64,000 nucleotides of DNA from Nannocystis sp. ILAH1 (GTDB lineage: Bacteria; Myxococcota_A; Polyangia; Nannocystales; Nannocystaceae), in the NCBI RefSeq assembly GCF_026626585.1, contig NZ_JAPNKD010000014.1:221207-285206 (forward strand), in the 5' to 3' direction. The position numbers and the translations under genes were made by a program. How positions within the stretch are numbered: position 1 is the first letter of the stretch; each line of letters opens with the position of its first letter. Shown here piece by piece: positions 29,369 through 39,064 of this stretch. The notes beneath the pieces are model-generated. The model was not told where the DNA came from. It did not search any database and saw only the letters and a program-made list of their open reading frames with translations.

Positions 29369-31183
29369 CTACCGACGCGTGGGAGCCGCCGGCGTGATGG
29401 TCAGCTCGACCTTCGCCCCCTCGCGATCGACGACCACCGGGACGGCGACGCCCGGCTGCAGCTCGCCGAAGCAGGCCATGTAGTCGTCGATGTTGTGGAT
29501 CTCGCGCTTGCCGATCTTGACGATGATGTCGCCGGCCTTGAGCCCGGCGGCCTCGGCGGGGCTCTGCGGGCGGACGCCCGTCAGCTTCATGCCGTCGACG
29601 TTGGCGGCGTAGTCGGGGACGGTGCCGAGCGAGACGCGGAAGCCGCCGCCGCGCGGGGCCGCGGTCGCGATCTTCTTGAAGTCGAGGACAGGCTGCTCGC
29701 GCTGCATCAAGGCGACCAGGCGGACGCTGAGGTCGGCGATCGCTACGGCGCCGTCGAGGTTGATCTTGTCGAAGTCGTCGGTCGGCCGGTGGTAGTCGTC
29801 GTGGGCGCCGCTGAAGAAGTGGAGGACCGGGATGTCGACGGCGTAGTAGCTGGCCTGGTCGGAGGCGCCGAAGCCGTCCTCGCTCGGCTTGATGACGAGG
29901 GTCCGCGCGGCGTCCCGCGGGTCGACCTTGGCGCGGTCGAGCAGGCCCGGCCAGGCGCTGCTGGTGCCGGTGCCGACGACGACGACGGTGTTGTCGCGCA
30001 CGCGCCCGACCATGTCGAAGTTGAGCATGGCGACGATGTCCTTGCGCGCCTCGGGCGAGAGCGACTCGACGACGCGCTTGCTGCCCAGGAGGCCCATCTC
30101 CTCGGCGGCGAAGGCGACGAACTGGAGGTCGAAGGGCCGCGCCTCGGGCGGCAACTCGGCGAGCGCCGCGGCGACGCCGAGCAGAGCCGCGACGCCGGAG
30201 GCGTTGTCGTCGGCGCCGTTGTGGATGGCGTCGACGCCGGGCGCGAGCGAGGAGCTGCTGCCGCGGCCGAGGTGGTCCATGTGCGCGCCGAGGACGATTC
30301 GCTTCGTACCTGTCCCTTTGAGCAGGCCGGCGACGTTGGCGGTGGTGGCGGTGACGCGCTGGACGGGGCTGTGCAGCGAGCCCTTGGCGACGGCGCCGGG
30401 CTTGAGGCCGCCGTGCGGGTTGTCGGCGGTGACGGGGCCCTTCTTGCCGAAGGCCGTGAGGAGGTCGGGGGTGCCGGCGGCGGACACGGCGAGCGCGGGC
30501 AGCTGGAGGTCGTTGGCCTCGCCGTGGTTGGGGTACGGGACGGTGGCGTCGGGCTCCCACAGGATGAAGCCGACGGCGCCGCGATCGCGGGCGGCGATGA
30601 CCTTCGACTGCACGCGGGTCTTGGCCGGGTCGAGGTGAGGATCGGCCGGGGCGCCGCTGCGCGCGACGACGATGGCGCCCTTCACCTTGTCGAGCAGCTT
30701 GGCGTAGTCGCCGCTGTCGGGGGTGTCGCCGGGGATGCCGTGGCCGACGTAGACGATCTTGGCGCTGACGGGGGCGGACGAGGCGGCGGCGAAGGGGACG
30801 AGGGTGTGCACGACCGGCTTGCCGCCCAGCTGGAGGACGCTCTGCTCGCCGGAGCGGAGGGCGACGCCGTCGGTGAACTCGAAGCTCTGACGGAAGCTGT
30901 CCCCAAAGCCAGGTTGGAGTCCGAGCTGGCGGAAGGCCTGCTCGATGTGCTCCTCGACCCGCTGGTCGGCGGCGGTGCCGGGCGGGCGGCCCTCCTGGGC
31001 GTCGTCGGCGAGGAAGGCGAGGTGCCCGCGCAGGCGCCCCGGCTCGACCGGCGGCGGGTCCTGCGAGGCGGAGCGCGGGGCGTCGTTCGCGGTGGGCTGG
31101 CTCGTCGGGGCCTGCGTGGACTGCTCGGGCCGGCAGGCGAGCAAGGAGGCGAGGAGGAGCCAGGAGGCGCGGGACGACGACAT
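29369..31183 (-). CDS. M28 family peptidase lipoprotein with PA and C-terminal PDZ domains
   Basis: LLASLLAC lipobox; HMDHLG...[17 protein letters not shown] zinc ligand blocks; [15 protein letters not shown]. Confidence 0.75.
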   Translation of the reverse strand: MSSSRASWLLLASLLACRPEQSTQAPTSQPTANDAPRSASQDPPPVEPGRLRGHLAFLADDAQEGRPPGTAADQRVEEHIEQAFRQLGLQPGFGDSFRQSFEFTDGVALRSGEQSVLQLGGKPVVHTLVPFAAASSAPVSAKIVYVGHGIPGDTPDSGDYAKLLDKVKGAIVVARSGAPADPHLDPAKTRVQSKVIAARDRGAVGFILWEPDATVPYPNHGEANDLQLPALAVSAAGTPDLLTAFGKKGPVTADNPHGGLKPGAVAKGSLHSPVQRVTATTANVAGLLKGTGTKRIVLGAHMDHLGRGSSSSLAPGVDAIHNGADDNASGVAALLGVAAALAELPPEARPFDLQFVAFAAEEMGLLGSKRVVESLSPEARKDIVAMLNFDMVGRVRDNTVVVVGTGTSSAWPGLLDRAKVDPRDAARTLVIKPSEDGFGASDQASYYAVDIPVLHFFSGAHDDYHRPTDDFDKINLDGAVAIADLSVRLVALMQREQPVLDFKKIATAAPRGGGFRVSLGTVPDYAANVDGMKLTGVRPQSPAEAAGLKAGDIIVKIGKREIHNIDDYMACFGELQPGVAVPVVVDREGAKVELTITPAAPTRR

Positions 31184-31708
31184 GGGGCGAAGGATGCGCG
31201 AGCGCGGGCGAGCGGCGCAAGAGGTGGGGACCGGGGCCGGCGGCGCCCACGAGCTGTCCTCGGAGACATGACCCTCCGGACTCGCGACGGGCGCGGCGCC
31301 GGCTGGGTCGGACGCGGCGGTCGTGATGGGACTTACGCGCGCACGAACGATCTTCGAGAGGATTAGGGATTTTCGTGAGGATCGGGAGGTGCGGGAATTG
31401 CTTGCGGAAGCGGCAGATGCGGCGTCGCTCCGGGCTGCGATTCACGGTGACGAGTCTCCGCGCGGAGAGGGTCGCCGGGAGTTCGCTGCCGAGGAGGCAG
31501 GCGCGCACGACGGCGGGCTCCGCGAGGCCGAGGCTGACCGAAGAGGCAGGTTCAGGTCGGATCGGCCCGAAGATGCTCCGGGGCGACGCGCGGGCCCGCT
31601 CGTGGGCAGCCGACAGGACCGGTCTGGGGCCGGCCGGCGCTGCACCGTCATGGGGCGACGAACCAGGAATTGCGGACGGCCTCGGCGGCCGCGAGCGAGG
31701 AGAAAAGT

Positions 31709-32944
31709 ATGCTTAGAACATGGTATATTGGACATGTCCTTGGATTCATGGCTGTTGTGACAGGTTGCGATCCGAAGGACCCGGGGGTCACGGGCGGGAC
31801 GCTCAGCGCGGGGACGACCACGGGCGGGAGCGACAGCGACGGGACGTCGGGGGGCGGCGGGACTGACAGCGAGGGGACGACCGGCGTGCCGGAGACGACC
31901 GGCGGACCGGACGAGACGACCGACGATCCGGGCGACGCGACGACCGAGACGACATCGGGAGGGCACGACACCGACTCGGGGTCGACGCCGGAGGACTTCG
32001 CGTGCGAGGGCGGCGCGTGGCTGTTCGTCAATCCGGAGACCAGCGGCGCGGGCAAGGTGTCGCTCGCGGCCGACGGGCGGGCGCGGGTGTTCAGCGACGG
32101 TCTGACGCGCGAGTTCGACGCGGCAGGGACGCTGGTGGCGACATTGCCGATCCCGTCGGGTGCGATCTACTGGGACATCGACGCGGCGGGCAACGGCTAC
32201 GCGATGTTCCGCGACGAGGGCGGCGTGTCGCCGCGGAAGTGGCTGCGCAAGTTCGACCCGGCGGGGACGATGCTGTGGGAGAGCGACCTGGGACCGAGCG
32301 ATCAGGGCTTCTGGTCGGGCTACGGCGTAGCGATCGCGGTCGACGGGACGACGGTGTACAGCGACCGCGCTGCCGTCGGCGACGGGACGCGGATGGTCAA
32401 GCACGCGGCCGACGGGACGCTGCTGTGGGACCTCGAGGTCGCGGACCAACTCGAGGTGGCGGCGATCGGGTCGGCGGGCACGATGGTGGCGTTGGTGTGG
32501 AACGAGGGCGTCCGGCTGCTCGACCCGTCCGGCGAGGAGCTGTGGACGCGCCCGTGGGAGCTCTCGGTGCTCAGCACGGCGGCGATCGACGGCGCGGGCG
32601 CGGTGGTGGTCGGGGCTCAGATCGGGTCGTCGGGAGTGAGGATCGGGAAGTTCGCGGCCGACGGGACGCCGCTGTGGGACACGCATGTCGAGGACATGTG
32701 GAGCTTCGGCGACCTCGCGGTCAACGCGAGCGGCGAGATCGCGGTCGGCGGCCACCACAACAACGACACGCCGTTCCGCGGGATGGTGGCGCGGCTCGAC
32801 CCGTCCGGCGCGACGCTGGCGGCGCACCGCTGCGACAGCGGGTCATGGGAGGTCGACGTGGCGATCGACGACGCGGGGACGATCTTCGCGTCCGGCGCGG
32901 TCGACTTCGAGACCTATCACATGTACGTGACGGCGTACGAGTGA
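31709..32944 (+). CDS. lipoprotein with Thr/Gly-rich linker and beta-propeller-like repeats
   Basis: MAVVTGC lipobox; repeated DGT.LW / ADGTPLWD strand motifs. Confidence 0.55.
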   Translation: MLRTWYIGHVLGFMAVVTGCDPKDPGVTGGTLSAGTTTGGSDSDGTSGGGGTDSEGTTGVPETTGGPDETTDDPGDATTETTSGGHDTDSGSTPEDFACEGGAWLFVNPETSGAGKVSLAADGRARVFSDGLTREFDAAGTLVATLPIPSGAIYWDIDAAGNGYAMFRDEGGVSPRKWLRKFDPAGTMLWESDLGPSDQGFWSGYGVAIAVDGTTVYSDRAAVGDGTRMVKHAADGTLLWDLEVADQLEVAAIGSAGTMVALVWNEGVRLLDPSGEELWTRPWELSVLSTAAIDGAGAVVVGAQIGSSGVRIGKFAADGTPLWDTHVEDMWSFGDLAVNASGEIAVGGHHNNDTPFRGMVARLDPSGATLAAHRCDSGSWEVDVAIDDAGTIFASGAVDFETYHMYVTAYE

Positions 32945-32946
32945 GC

Positions 32947-33142
32947 CACAGGTCGAGGAGCTCGCGGCAGGCCGGCCGGCTGCCGCGAGCTGGCTCGAAG
33001 GACAGGTCGCGTGGGGCCGTCAGCGGCATGGCTGACGCCGCAGCGAAATGCCCTTCGGGACATCTGACATCGCAGGGCCGACGCCGCAGCGAGATGTCCT
33101 GAGGGACAGATATCGTCACAGGTCGAGGAGCTCGCGGCAGGC
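32947..33142. repeat. 26-bp exact direct repeat (CACAGGTCGAGGAGCTCGCGGCAGGC at 32947 and 33117) flanking a ~145-bp insert carrying REP-like motifs and an internal ~30-bp duplication
   Basis: read directly; second copy is the 3' end of the M3 peptidase CDS. Confidence 0.6.
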
Positions 33143-34822
33143 GGCGGCGGCCCGGCGCACGGTGCTGCGATCTGTCCCGAAGTTCAGACCGGCGGCGGCG
33201 AACAGGTCGGGCAGGCGGGCGCGGGCGCCGAGGGCGAGGGCGCGGCGGAGGTCGGCGACGGCGGCGGCGGGCTCGGCGAGCGCGCGGCGGTGGAGTTGCA
33301 CTGCGCCGAGGCCGGCGATCGCGTACTCGATGTAGTAGAAGGGCAGCTCGAACACGTGCAGGCGACGCCCCCACAGGGCGGCGCGGTCGGCCTCGAGGCC
33401 GCTCCAGTCGACGCCGGGGCACAGCCGCCCGTGCTGCGCGAGCCAGGCGGCGTCGCGAGCCACACGGTCGCTGGCCTCGTCGGGGCGGGTGTAGACCCAG
33501 TGCTGGAAGGCGTCGATGGCGGCGGCGTGCGGGAGGAACAGGACGAGCTGCTCGAGCTGGTGGCGCGCCGCGCGGGTGCAGGTGTCGGCGTCGTAGAAGG
33601 CGCCCAGGTGAGCGGCGGCGAGCAGCTCCATGCCCATGCCGGCGACCTCGCAGAATTCGATCGGGGGTTGGCGGTTCCAGATCAGCGCATCGCCGGCGCA
33701 GGCGAGGGCGTGGAAGGCGTGGCCGGACTCGTGCAAGACGGTGAGCACGTCCTCGTGGCGGCCGACGGCGCCGGCGAACACGAAGGGGAGGCCGCTGGCG
33801 TGGAGGTGGACCTGGAAGGCGCCGGCGGCCTTGCCTGGCCTCGACATCAGGTCCAAAAGGCCATGTTCGGCGAGGCGCGAGAACTGGCGGGCGAACTCGG
33901 GGTCGACGGCCTCGAAGGCGCGGGCGCAGCCGGCGATCAGCGCCTCCTCGCGGGTGAACGGGACGAGCGGGCCGCCGGGAAGGGCCCCGAGGTCCCACGG
34001 GCGCAGGACGTCGAGGCCGAGGGCGGCGGCGCGGCGACGGAGGACGAGGCCGGCGAGGGGGACGAACTCGGCGGCGATGGCCTCGTGCAGCGCGAGGCAG
34101 TCTGCGGGGCCGTAGGCGAGGCGGTCGAGGCGGCGGAAGCGATAGGCGCGGTACTCGGGCAGCTCGGCGGCGGCGGCCTGGGCCCTGCGGTTGTCGAGGA
34201 GGCGGTCGAACAGGTGGTCGAGCTCGGGCTTCACTGCGCGGAACTCGGCCGCGACCGTGCGCCAGGCGGCCTCGCGCCGCGAACGGTCAGGGTCGTCCTC
34301 GCTGCGCTCGACGTGGGCCAGCGGAGTGTCGGCGCCGTCCCAGGGGAACCGCATGCCGGCCCGCAGCTGGCCGTAGGCAGCGCACAGGTGCTGCTCGGCG
34401 GCCTCGAGCGGGACGAGGGCGGGACGGTGGAGGTCGGCCTGGTTGCGCAGCACCGCGAGGGCGCAGGCGTGGCCGGGCGGGAGGCGAGCTGCCGCCGGGT
34501 GCTCGACGAGCCGCCGCGTGAGGCCGTGGCGCAGCGGTTTGCAGGCGGGGCCGAGGACGTCGACGTGGACGAGCCAGGCGCGCGCAGCCTCGGGCTCGTC
34601 GGCGCTGCAGCTGGTGGCGATCTGTCGCCGCGCCTGGGCCTCGGCGAGGTGGCTCTCGAGCTCGGACCAGTCGCGTAGCCATTGCTCGAGGATCCATGGA
34701 TCGTCGGCCGGCAACGGTCGCGCGCCGAGCTCGCCGTAGCAGGCCTCGAGATCGGCGAGCCGATCGAGGCGCACGCGCGCGGGCAAGTAGCGCCGCGGCG
34801 GCGGCGGGAGCGAGCCGAACAC
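33116..34822 (-). CDS. M3 family oligoendopeptidase (PepF-like)
   Basis: HESGHAFH zinc-binding HExxH, ~568 aa. Confidence 0.8.
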   Translation of the reverse strand: MFGSLPPPPRRYLPARVRLDRLADLEACYGELGARPLPADDPWILEQWLRDWSELESHLAEAQARRQIATSCSADEPEAARAWLVHVDVLGPACKPLRHGLTRRLVEHPAAARLPPGHACALAVLRNQADLHRPALVPLEAAEQHLCAAYGQLRAGMRFPWDGADTPLAHVERSEDDPDRSRREAAWRTVAAEFRAVKPELDHLFDRLLDNRRAQAAAAELPEYRAYRFRRLDRLAYGPADCLALHEAIAAEFVPLAGLVLRRRAAALGLDVLRPWDLGALPGGPLVPFTREEALIAGCARAFEAVDPEFARQFSRLAEHGLLDLMSRPGKAAGAFQVHLHASGLPFVFAGAVGRHEDVLTVLHESGHAFHALACAGDALIWNRQPPIEFCEVAGMGMELLAAAHLGAFYDADTCTRAARHQLEQLVLFLPHAAAIDAFQHWVYTRPDEASDRVARDAAWLAQHGRLCPGVDWSGLEADRAALWGRRLHVFELPFYYIEYAIAGLGAVQLHRRALAEPAAAVADLRRALALGARARLPDLFAAAGLNFGTDRSTVRRAAAACRELLDL

Positions 34823-34924
34823 GTGCGCCAGAGTAGCACCGCGGCGCGCGGGCGCAGGAGGCCGAACCAGCTGCTGAGGGGCAGGAGCAGGAACAAGGCG
34901 ACGTCCGGCGGGTGCGTACGTGAG

Positions 34925-35471
34925 ACTGTGAGAAGGGCAGGACGTCGTCAGGCAGGCTCAGGCGTGCGGCGGACATCTCGGGGGCGCGCGCGGGAGGCTG
35001 GTCGAAAGGACAGGAGCTCGACGTGCAGGCTCCGAGTTCCGCGTGAGATGACGCCTGCAGCACGCGCGTGATGGTCGAAAGGACAGGTGTGCTTCGGGCA
35101 GAGTCCGAGTGCCCAGTGAGGTGACGTCCGAGGAGCGCGCGTGAGGCTGGTCGAGAGTACAGGTGTGCGTCGGCAGAGTCCGAGTTCCGAGTGAGGTGAC
35201 GTCGGCGAAGCGCGCGTGAGGCTGGGCGAGAGGACAGGAGGGTGCCGGGCAGAGTCCGAGGTCCGAGTGAGGTAGCGATGCGACCGGTACCTCGGCGGTC
35301 TCGAGAGCACGTGAGGCTGGTCGAAAGGACAGGCGCTGTGTCGGGCGGACTCCGGGTTCCGCGAGATGACGTCGCTAGAACGCGCGAGAGGCTGTTCGAA
35401 AGGACAGGACCTCAGGAACAGGTGAGGCGACGTCCTGAGGGCGCGCGTCTGAGGCTGGTCGAGAGGACAGG
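34925..35471. repeat. tandem array of ~7 degenerate ~77-bp units, each with conserved core GTGAGGCTGGTCGAAAGGACAGG
   Basis: unit starts near 34994, 35071, 35148, 35225, 35315, 35392, 35455; intergenic between M3 peptidase and TetR gene. Confidence 0.75.
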
Positions 35472-36095
35472 TCAGTCGGGGCGCAGGCCGCGGGACATCG
35501 CGCCGATGGTGAGCTCGATCTCGCGGTCGTCGTCCCACGGGTAGTCGGGCAGGATGGCCAGGCGCGTGATGATGTAGCCGCCCAGGGCGCTCATGAGGAG
35601 CCGCAGGACGGTCTCCGGGGGGTCGTTCCGGATCTGTCCGCGCGCCTGGTACTTGCGGATGACTGCCAGCAGCTCGGGGATGACGTGGCGGCCGATGTGG
35701 CGGAACACCATCGTCCGCAGCTCCGGGCTGAGCGGGACTTCTTGTAAGAAGATCCGCAGCGCCGGCACGTGCTCGCGCGCGACCGCGAGGCGGTTGCGCG
35801 CGAACTCCCGCAGGAATTCGGCGAAGTCGGGGTAGTCGGTGTCGATCAGCCGGTGCAGGTCGCGGAAGGCGATGGGCGCGAGCACCCGCTCGACGAACGG
35901 CTCGAGGATGTGGTCGAGCAGCAGCTGCTTGGTCTTGAAGTGGCGGAAGATCGTGCCCTCGGCGACGCCCGCCCGCCTGGCGATCTCGCTGGTCGCGGCG
36001 CCTCGAAAGCCGCGCTCCGCGATCACTTCGATCGCGGCGCGGACGATGCGCTCGACGCCGCGCACCGGCCCTGGATCGTCTTCGCGCGTGGCCAT
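35472..36095 (-). CDS. TetR family transcriptional regulator
   Basis: HTH SEIARRAGVAEGTIFRHFKTKQLLL; divergent from monooxygenase. Confidence 0.8.
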   Translation of the reverse strand: MATREDDPGPVRGVERIVRAAIEVIAERGFRGAATSEIARRAGVAEGTIFRHFKTKQLLLDHILEPFVERVLAPIAFRDLHRLIDTDYPDFAEFLREFARNRLAVAREHVPALRIFLQEVPLSPELRTMVFRHIGRHVIPELLAVIRKYQARGQIRNDPPETVLRLLMSALGGYIITRLAILPDYPWDDDREIELTIGAMSRGLRPD

Positions 36096-36187
36096 GACCC
36101 CGAGAGCTTGGCCTGAGTGAGCACTCACTTGCAACCGTCCTGGAGCCGTGGCACGGTGAGTGAGCACTCACTTGCAGGAGCGGAGCG

Positions 36188-37750
36188 ATGGCGTCGATCG
36201 ATGTGCTGGTGGCAGGAGCGGGGCCCACGGGCTTGACGATGGCGTGCGAGCTGCGGCGGTTCGGGCTGACGGTGCGGGTGGTCGATCCCGCGCCGCGCAC
36301 GACCGAGCACTCCAAGGCGCTGGTCGTCCACGCGCGCACGCGCGAGGTGTTCGAGGCGATGGGGCTGCGCGCGGCGGTCGAGGCCGAGGCCGAGGCGCTG
36401 ATGGCGGTGCAGCTGTACTTCGAGACGCAGCTGCTGGGGACGCTGGACGTCGCGCGGTTCGGGCCCGACGTGCCGCGGCCGGTGTTCCTCGATCAGAGCG
36501 CGACGGAGCGGATCCTGGCCGAGCACCTGGGGCACCTCGGCGGCGCGGTCGATCGCGGGCTGCGGCTGCTGTCGTTCCGCGACGAGGGCTCGCAGGTGGT
36601 GGCGACGATCGGTGGCGACGACGGTCGCACCGAGTCGGTGACTGCGCGCTGGCTGGTCGGCTGCGATGGTTCCCACAGCGCGGTGCGTCACGGCCTGGGT
36701 CTGCCGTTCGAAGGTTCTGCCTATGAGGACATGTTCGATCAGGCAGATCTGAAGATCCGCTGGGACCGCCCGCCAGGGCTCGGCTGCGGGTTTCTGCGGC
36801 CCGCGGGGCTGGTGGTGTTCGCTCCGTTGCCGCGCGGTCGCTATCGCATCATCGCCATGGGCGGCGACGGTCACGGGCCCGAGCCGACGCTCGAGATGTT
36901 CCAGAAGCTGGCCGACGAGCTGGTGCCCGGAGCGGTGCTGTACGACCCGGAGTGGATCCTGCGGTTCCGCCTGCACCACCGCATGGTGCCGAAGATGGGC
37001 GTGGGGTCGGTGTTCCTCGCCGGCGACGCGGCGCACATCCACAGCCCCGCCGGCGGCCAGGGGATGAACACGGGGATCCAGGACGCCTTCAACCTGGCGT
37101 GGAAGCTGGCGATGGTGGCCCGTGGCGCGGCTCGCCCCGAGCTGCTGGCGACGTACGACGCGGAGCGATTGCCGGTGGCGAGAAGGACGCTCGAGATGAC
37201 GGACCGCCTGTTCCGCGGCGCGACGAGCCGACGGACGATGATGCTGCGCAAGCTGCTCGTCAGCACGGGGCTGCGATCACGCGCGCTGCAGCAACGGATG
37301 GCGCGGCGCATGTCGCAGACGGGCGTGTCGTATAGCGAGTCGCCGGCGGTGATCGACGCTCGCAGCTGGCCGCGGCGCTCGCCGAAGGCCGGTGATCGAG
37401 CGCCGGCGGCGATGCTGCGCGCGGGCGATGCGACGGTGTCACTTCACGCGCTGGTGGCGAGCGAGGCGAAGATGACGCTCTTGCTCATGCACGGATCGTC
37501 GCGCTCGCAGGCGCTGGCGATCGCGGGTCGGGAGCTGGCGGAGAAGTGGGGCCGATCGCTGGTAGTTCGCGACCTGGTCCTGGGTACAGGCGACACGGAG
37601 ACTCTCGGCGATCCTTCGGGCGCAGTGGTCCGCGGGTGGAGAGTGCGCGCGCCTGAGCTCATGCTGCTCAGGCCCGACGGCCACATCGCAGTGCGAGCGC
37701 CGCTGGCTCGCATCGAGGTGCTGCGGGCCTACGCAGCGCGCTGGTTCTAG
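36188..37750 (+). CDS. FAD-dependent aromatic-ring monooxygenase (PheA/TfdB family)
   Basis: DVLVAGAGPTGL (GxGxxG), DG.HS, GDAAHIHSPAGGQGMNTGIQDA motifs. Confidence 0.8.
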   Translation: MASIDVLVAGAGPTGLTMACELRRFGLTVRVVDPAPRTTEHSKALVVHARTREVFEAMGLRAAVEAEAEALMAVQLYFETQLLGTLDVARFGPDVPRPVFLDQSATERILAEHLGHLGGAVDRGLRLLSFRDEGSQVVATIGGDDGRTESVTARWLVGCDGSHSAVRHGLGLPFEGSAYEDMFDQADLKIRWDRPPGLGCGFLRPAGLVVFAPLPRGRYRIIAMGGDGHGPEPTLEMFQKLADELVPGAVLYDPEWILRFRLHHRMVPKMGVGSVFLAGDAAHIHSPAGGQGMNTGIQDAFNLAWKLAMVARGAARPELLATYDAERLPVARRTLEMTDRLFRGATSRRTMMLRKLLVSTGLRSRALQQRMARRMSQTGVSYSESPAVIDARSWPRRSPKAGDRAPAAMLRAGDATVSLHALVASEAKMTLLLMHGSSRSQALAIAGRELAEKWGRSLVVRDLVLGTGDTETLGDPSGAVVRGWRVRAPELMLLRPDGHIAVRAPLARIEVLRAYAARWF

Positions 37751-37752
37751 CG

Positions 37753-38115
37753 CTACTTGTGGTTGAGGCCGAAGTACGCGGCGAGGAGGCCGAGCAGCGG
37801 CGCGACGAACCACAGCACGCGACCGGCGCCGGGCTTGCGAGCCACCAACGCGGGGGCGGCCGCAAGGCAGATCCACGCGAGCAACTTGGGGTGAACCCAG
37901 CCAGGCATGGCGCCGCCGTACTTCACCCCGAGCATGCCGAAGCCGGCCGCGACGATGAGCAACGTTCCCACGCCGTGCGTGGCAGCGACCAGCCCACGCG
38001 CGGGGTTGGTCTCACGAGTGCCACCGGCGATGCCGTGGAACGCGAGGCCGCCGAGGCCCATAAAGAGGAGGACGATGCCGAAGATGTGGAGGACCAGGAA
38101 GAGCTCGTAGGACAC
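37753..38115 (-). CDS. small membrane protein (4 TM)
   Basis: hydrophobic profile only. Confidence 0.4.
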   Translation of the reverse strand: MSYELFLVLHIFGIVLLFMGLGGLAFHGIAGGTRETNPARGLVAATHGVGTLLIVAAGFGMLGVKYGGAMPGWVHPKLLAWICLAAAPALVARKPGAGRVLWFVAPLLGLLAAYFGLNHK

Positions 38116-38191
38116 GGCGGCGCCGAGCCTCGCACGCCTCTGCGCGATTTGACAAGCTCGCGCCGGCCCGAAGGCTGATACACTCGCGGCG

Positions 38192-38974
38192 ATGTCGATC
38201 CAGGGCTACAGCGCATCGGAGTTCACCCACGAGGGCGTCACCAAGACGGTCTATCGGCGCGGGCGTGGCCCGGGGGTCGTCATCATCACCGAGGTCCCCG
38301 GCATCCACGAGGCGGTGGTCACGTTCGCCAACCTGGTGGCGGACGCGGGCTTCACCGTGGTCTTGCCCGACCTGTTCGGCGAGCCGATGAAGCCGGTGTC
38401 CGGCGGCTACCTCGCCAGCACGATGCTCAAGCTGTGCGTGAGCAAAGAGTTCAAGCTGCTCGCCGGCCAAGAGTCGAGCCCGATCACGAACTGGCTGCGC
38501 GGCCTGGCCCGCGCGCTGCACAAGGAGCTCGGCGGCAAGGGCGTCGGCGCGATCGGCATGTGCCTGACGGGGAACTTCGCGCTGTCGATGGCGGTCGAGC
38601 CGTCGCTGATGGCGCCGGTGATGTCGCAGCCGGCGCTGCCGCTGCCGGTTGGCAAGGCGCGCCGCGGTCAGCTGGCGATCGCGCCGGACGAGCTCGCCAC
38701 GGTGAAGCGGCGGGTCAAGGACGAGGGCCTCAAGGTGCTCGGCCTGTGCTTCACCCACGACGGCAAGGTCCCGCGCGAGCGGTTCGAGACGCTGAAGCGC
38801 GAGCTCAAGGAGGGCTTCGAGGCGATCGAGATCGACTCCGGCCCGGGCAACGCCCACGGGATCAAGCCGTCGGCCCACAGCGTGCTGACCGTCGACCTCG
38901 TGCGCGAGACCGGCCACCCGACCGAGCAGGCGCTGCAGCGCACGCTGTCGTTCCTGCGCGAGCGGCTGCAGTAG
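38192..38974 (+). CDS. dienelactone hydrolase family protein
   Basis: GAIGMCLTGNFA nucleophile elbow (Cys-type DLH), ~260 aa. Confidence 0.7.
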   Translation: MSIQGYSASEFTHEGVTKTVYRRGRGPGVVIITEVPGIHEAVVTFANLVADAGFTVVLPDLFGEPMKPVSGGYLASTMLKLCVSKEFKLLAGQESSPITNWLRGLARALHKELGGKGVGAIGMCLTGNFALSMAVEPSLMAPVMSQPALPLPVGKARRGQLAIAPDELATVKRRVKDEGLKVLGLCFTHDGKVPRERFETLKRELKEGFEAIEIDSGPGNAHGIKPSAHSVLTVDLVRETGHPTEQALQRTLSFLRERLQ

Positions 38975-38992
38975 ACCGCGGAGGGGAATGAA

Positions 38993-39064
38993 CAAGAGGG
39001 CATGTCCGTAAGGGCATGCCCTCTTGAACATGCCCGAAGGGGCATGTCCTTGGGGTCATGGCCC
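38993..39064. repeat. REP-like cluster: five RRRCATGYYY units incl. a 15-bp stem hairpin CAAGAGGGCATGTCC-GTAA-GGGCATGCCCTCTTG
   Basis: read directly; convergent gap between DLH and PepSY-TM genes. Confidence 0.7.

Noticed and set aside
34925-35471. Possible CRISPR array (regular ~77-bp periodicity)
   Set aside because: The repeated parts are degenerate and the variable parts are also related to one another. There is no set of identical repeats separated by unique spacers, and no cas genes in the window.
38993-39064. RRRCATGYYY decamers match the eukaryotic p53 response-element half-site
   Set aside because: Coincidental resemblance. No bacterial p53-like factor is expected, and the hairpin/REP interpretation explains the distribution.
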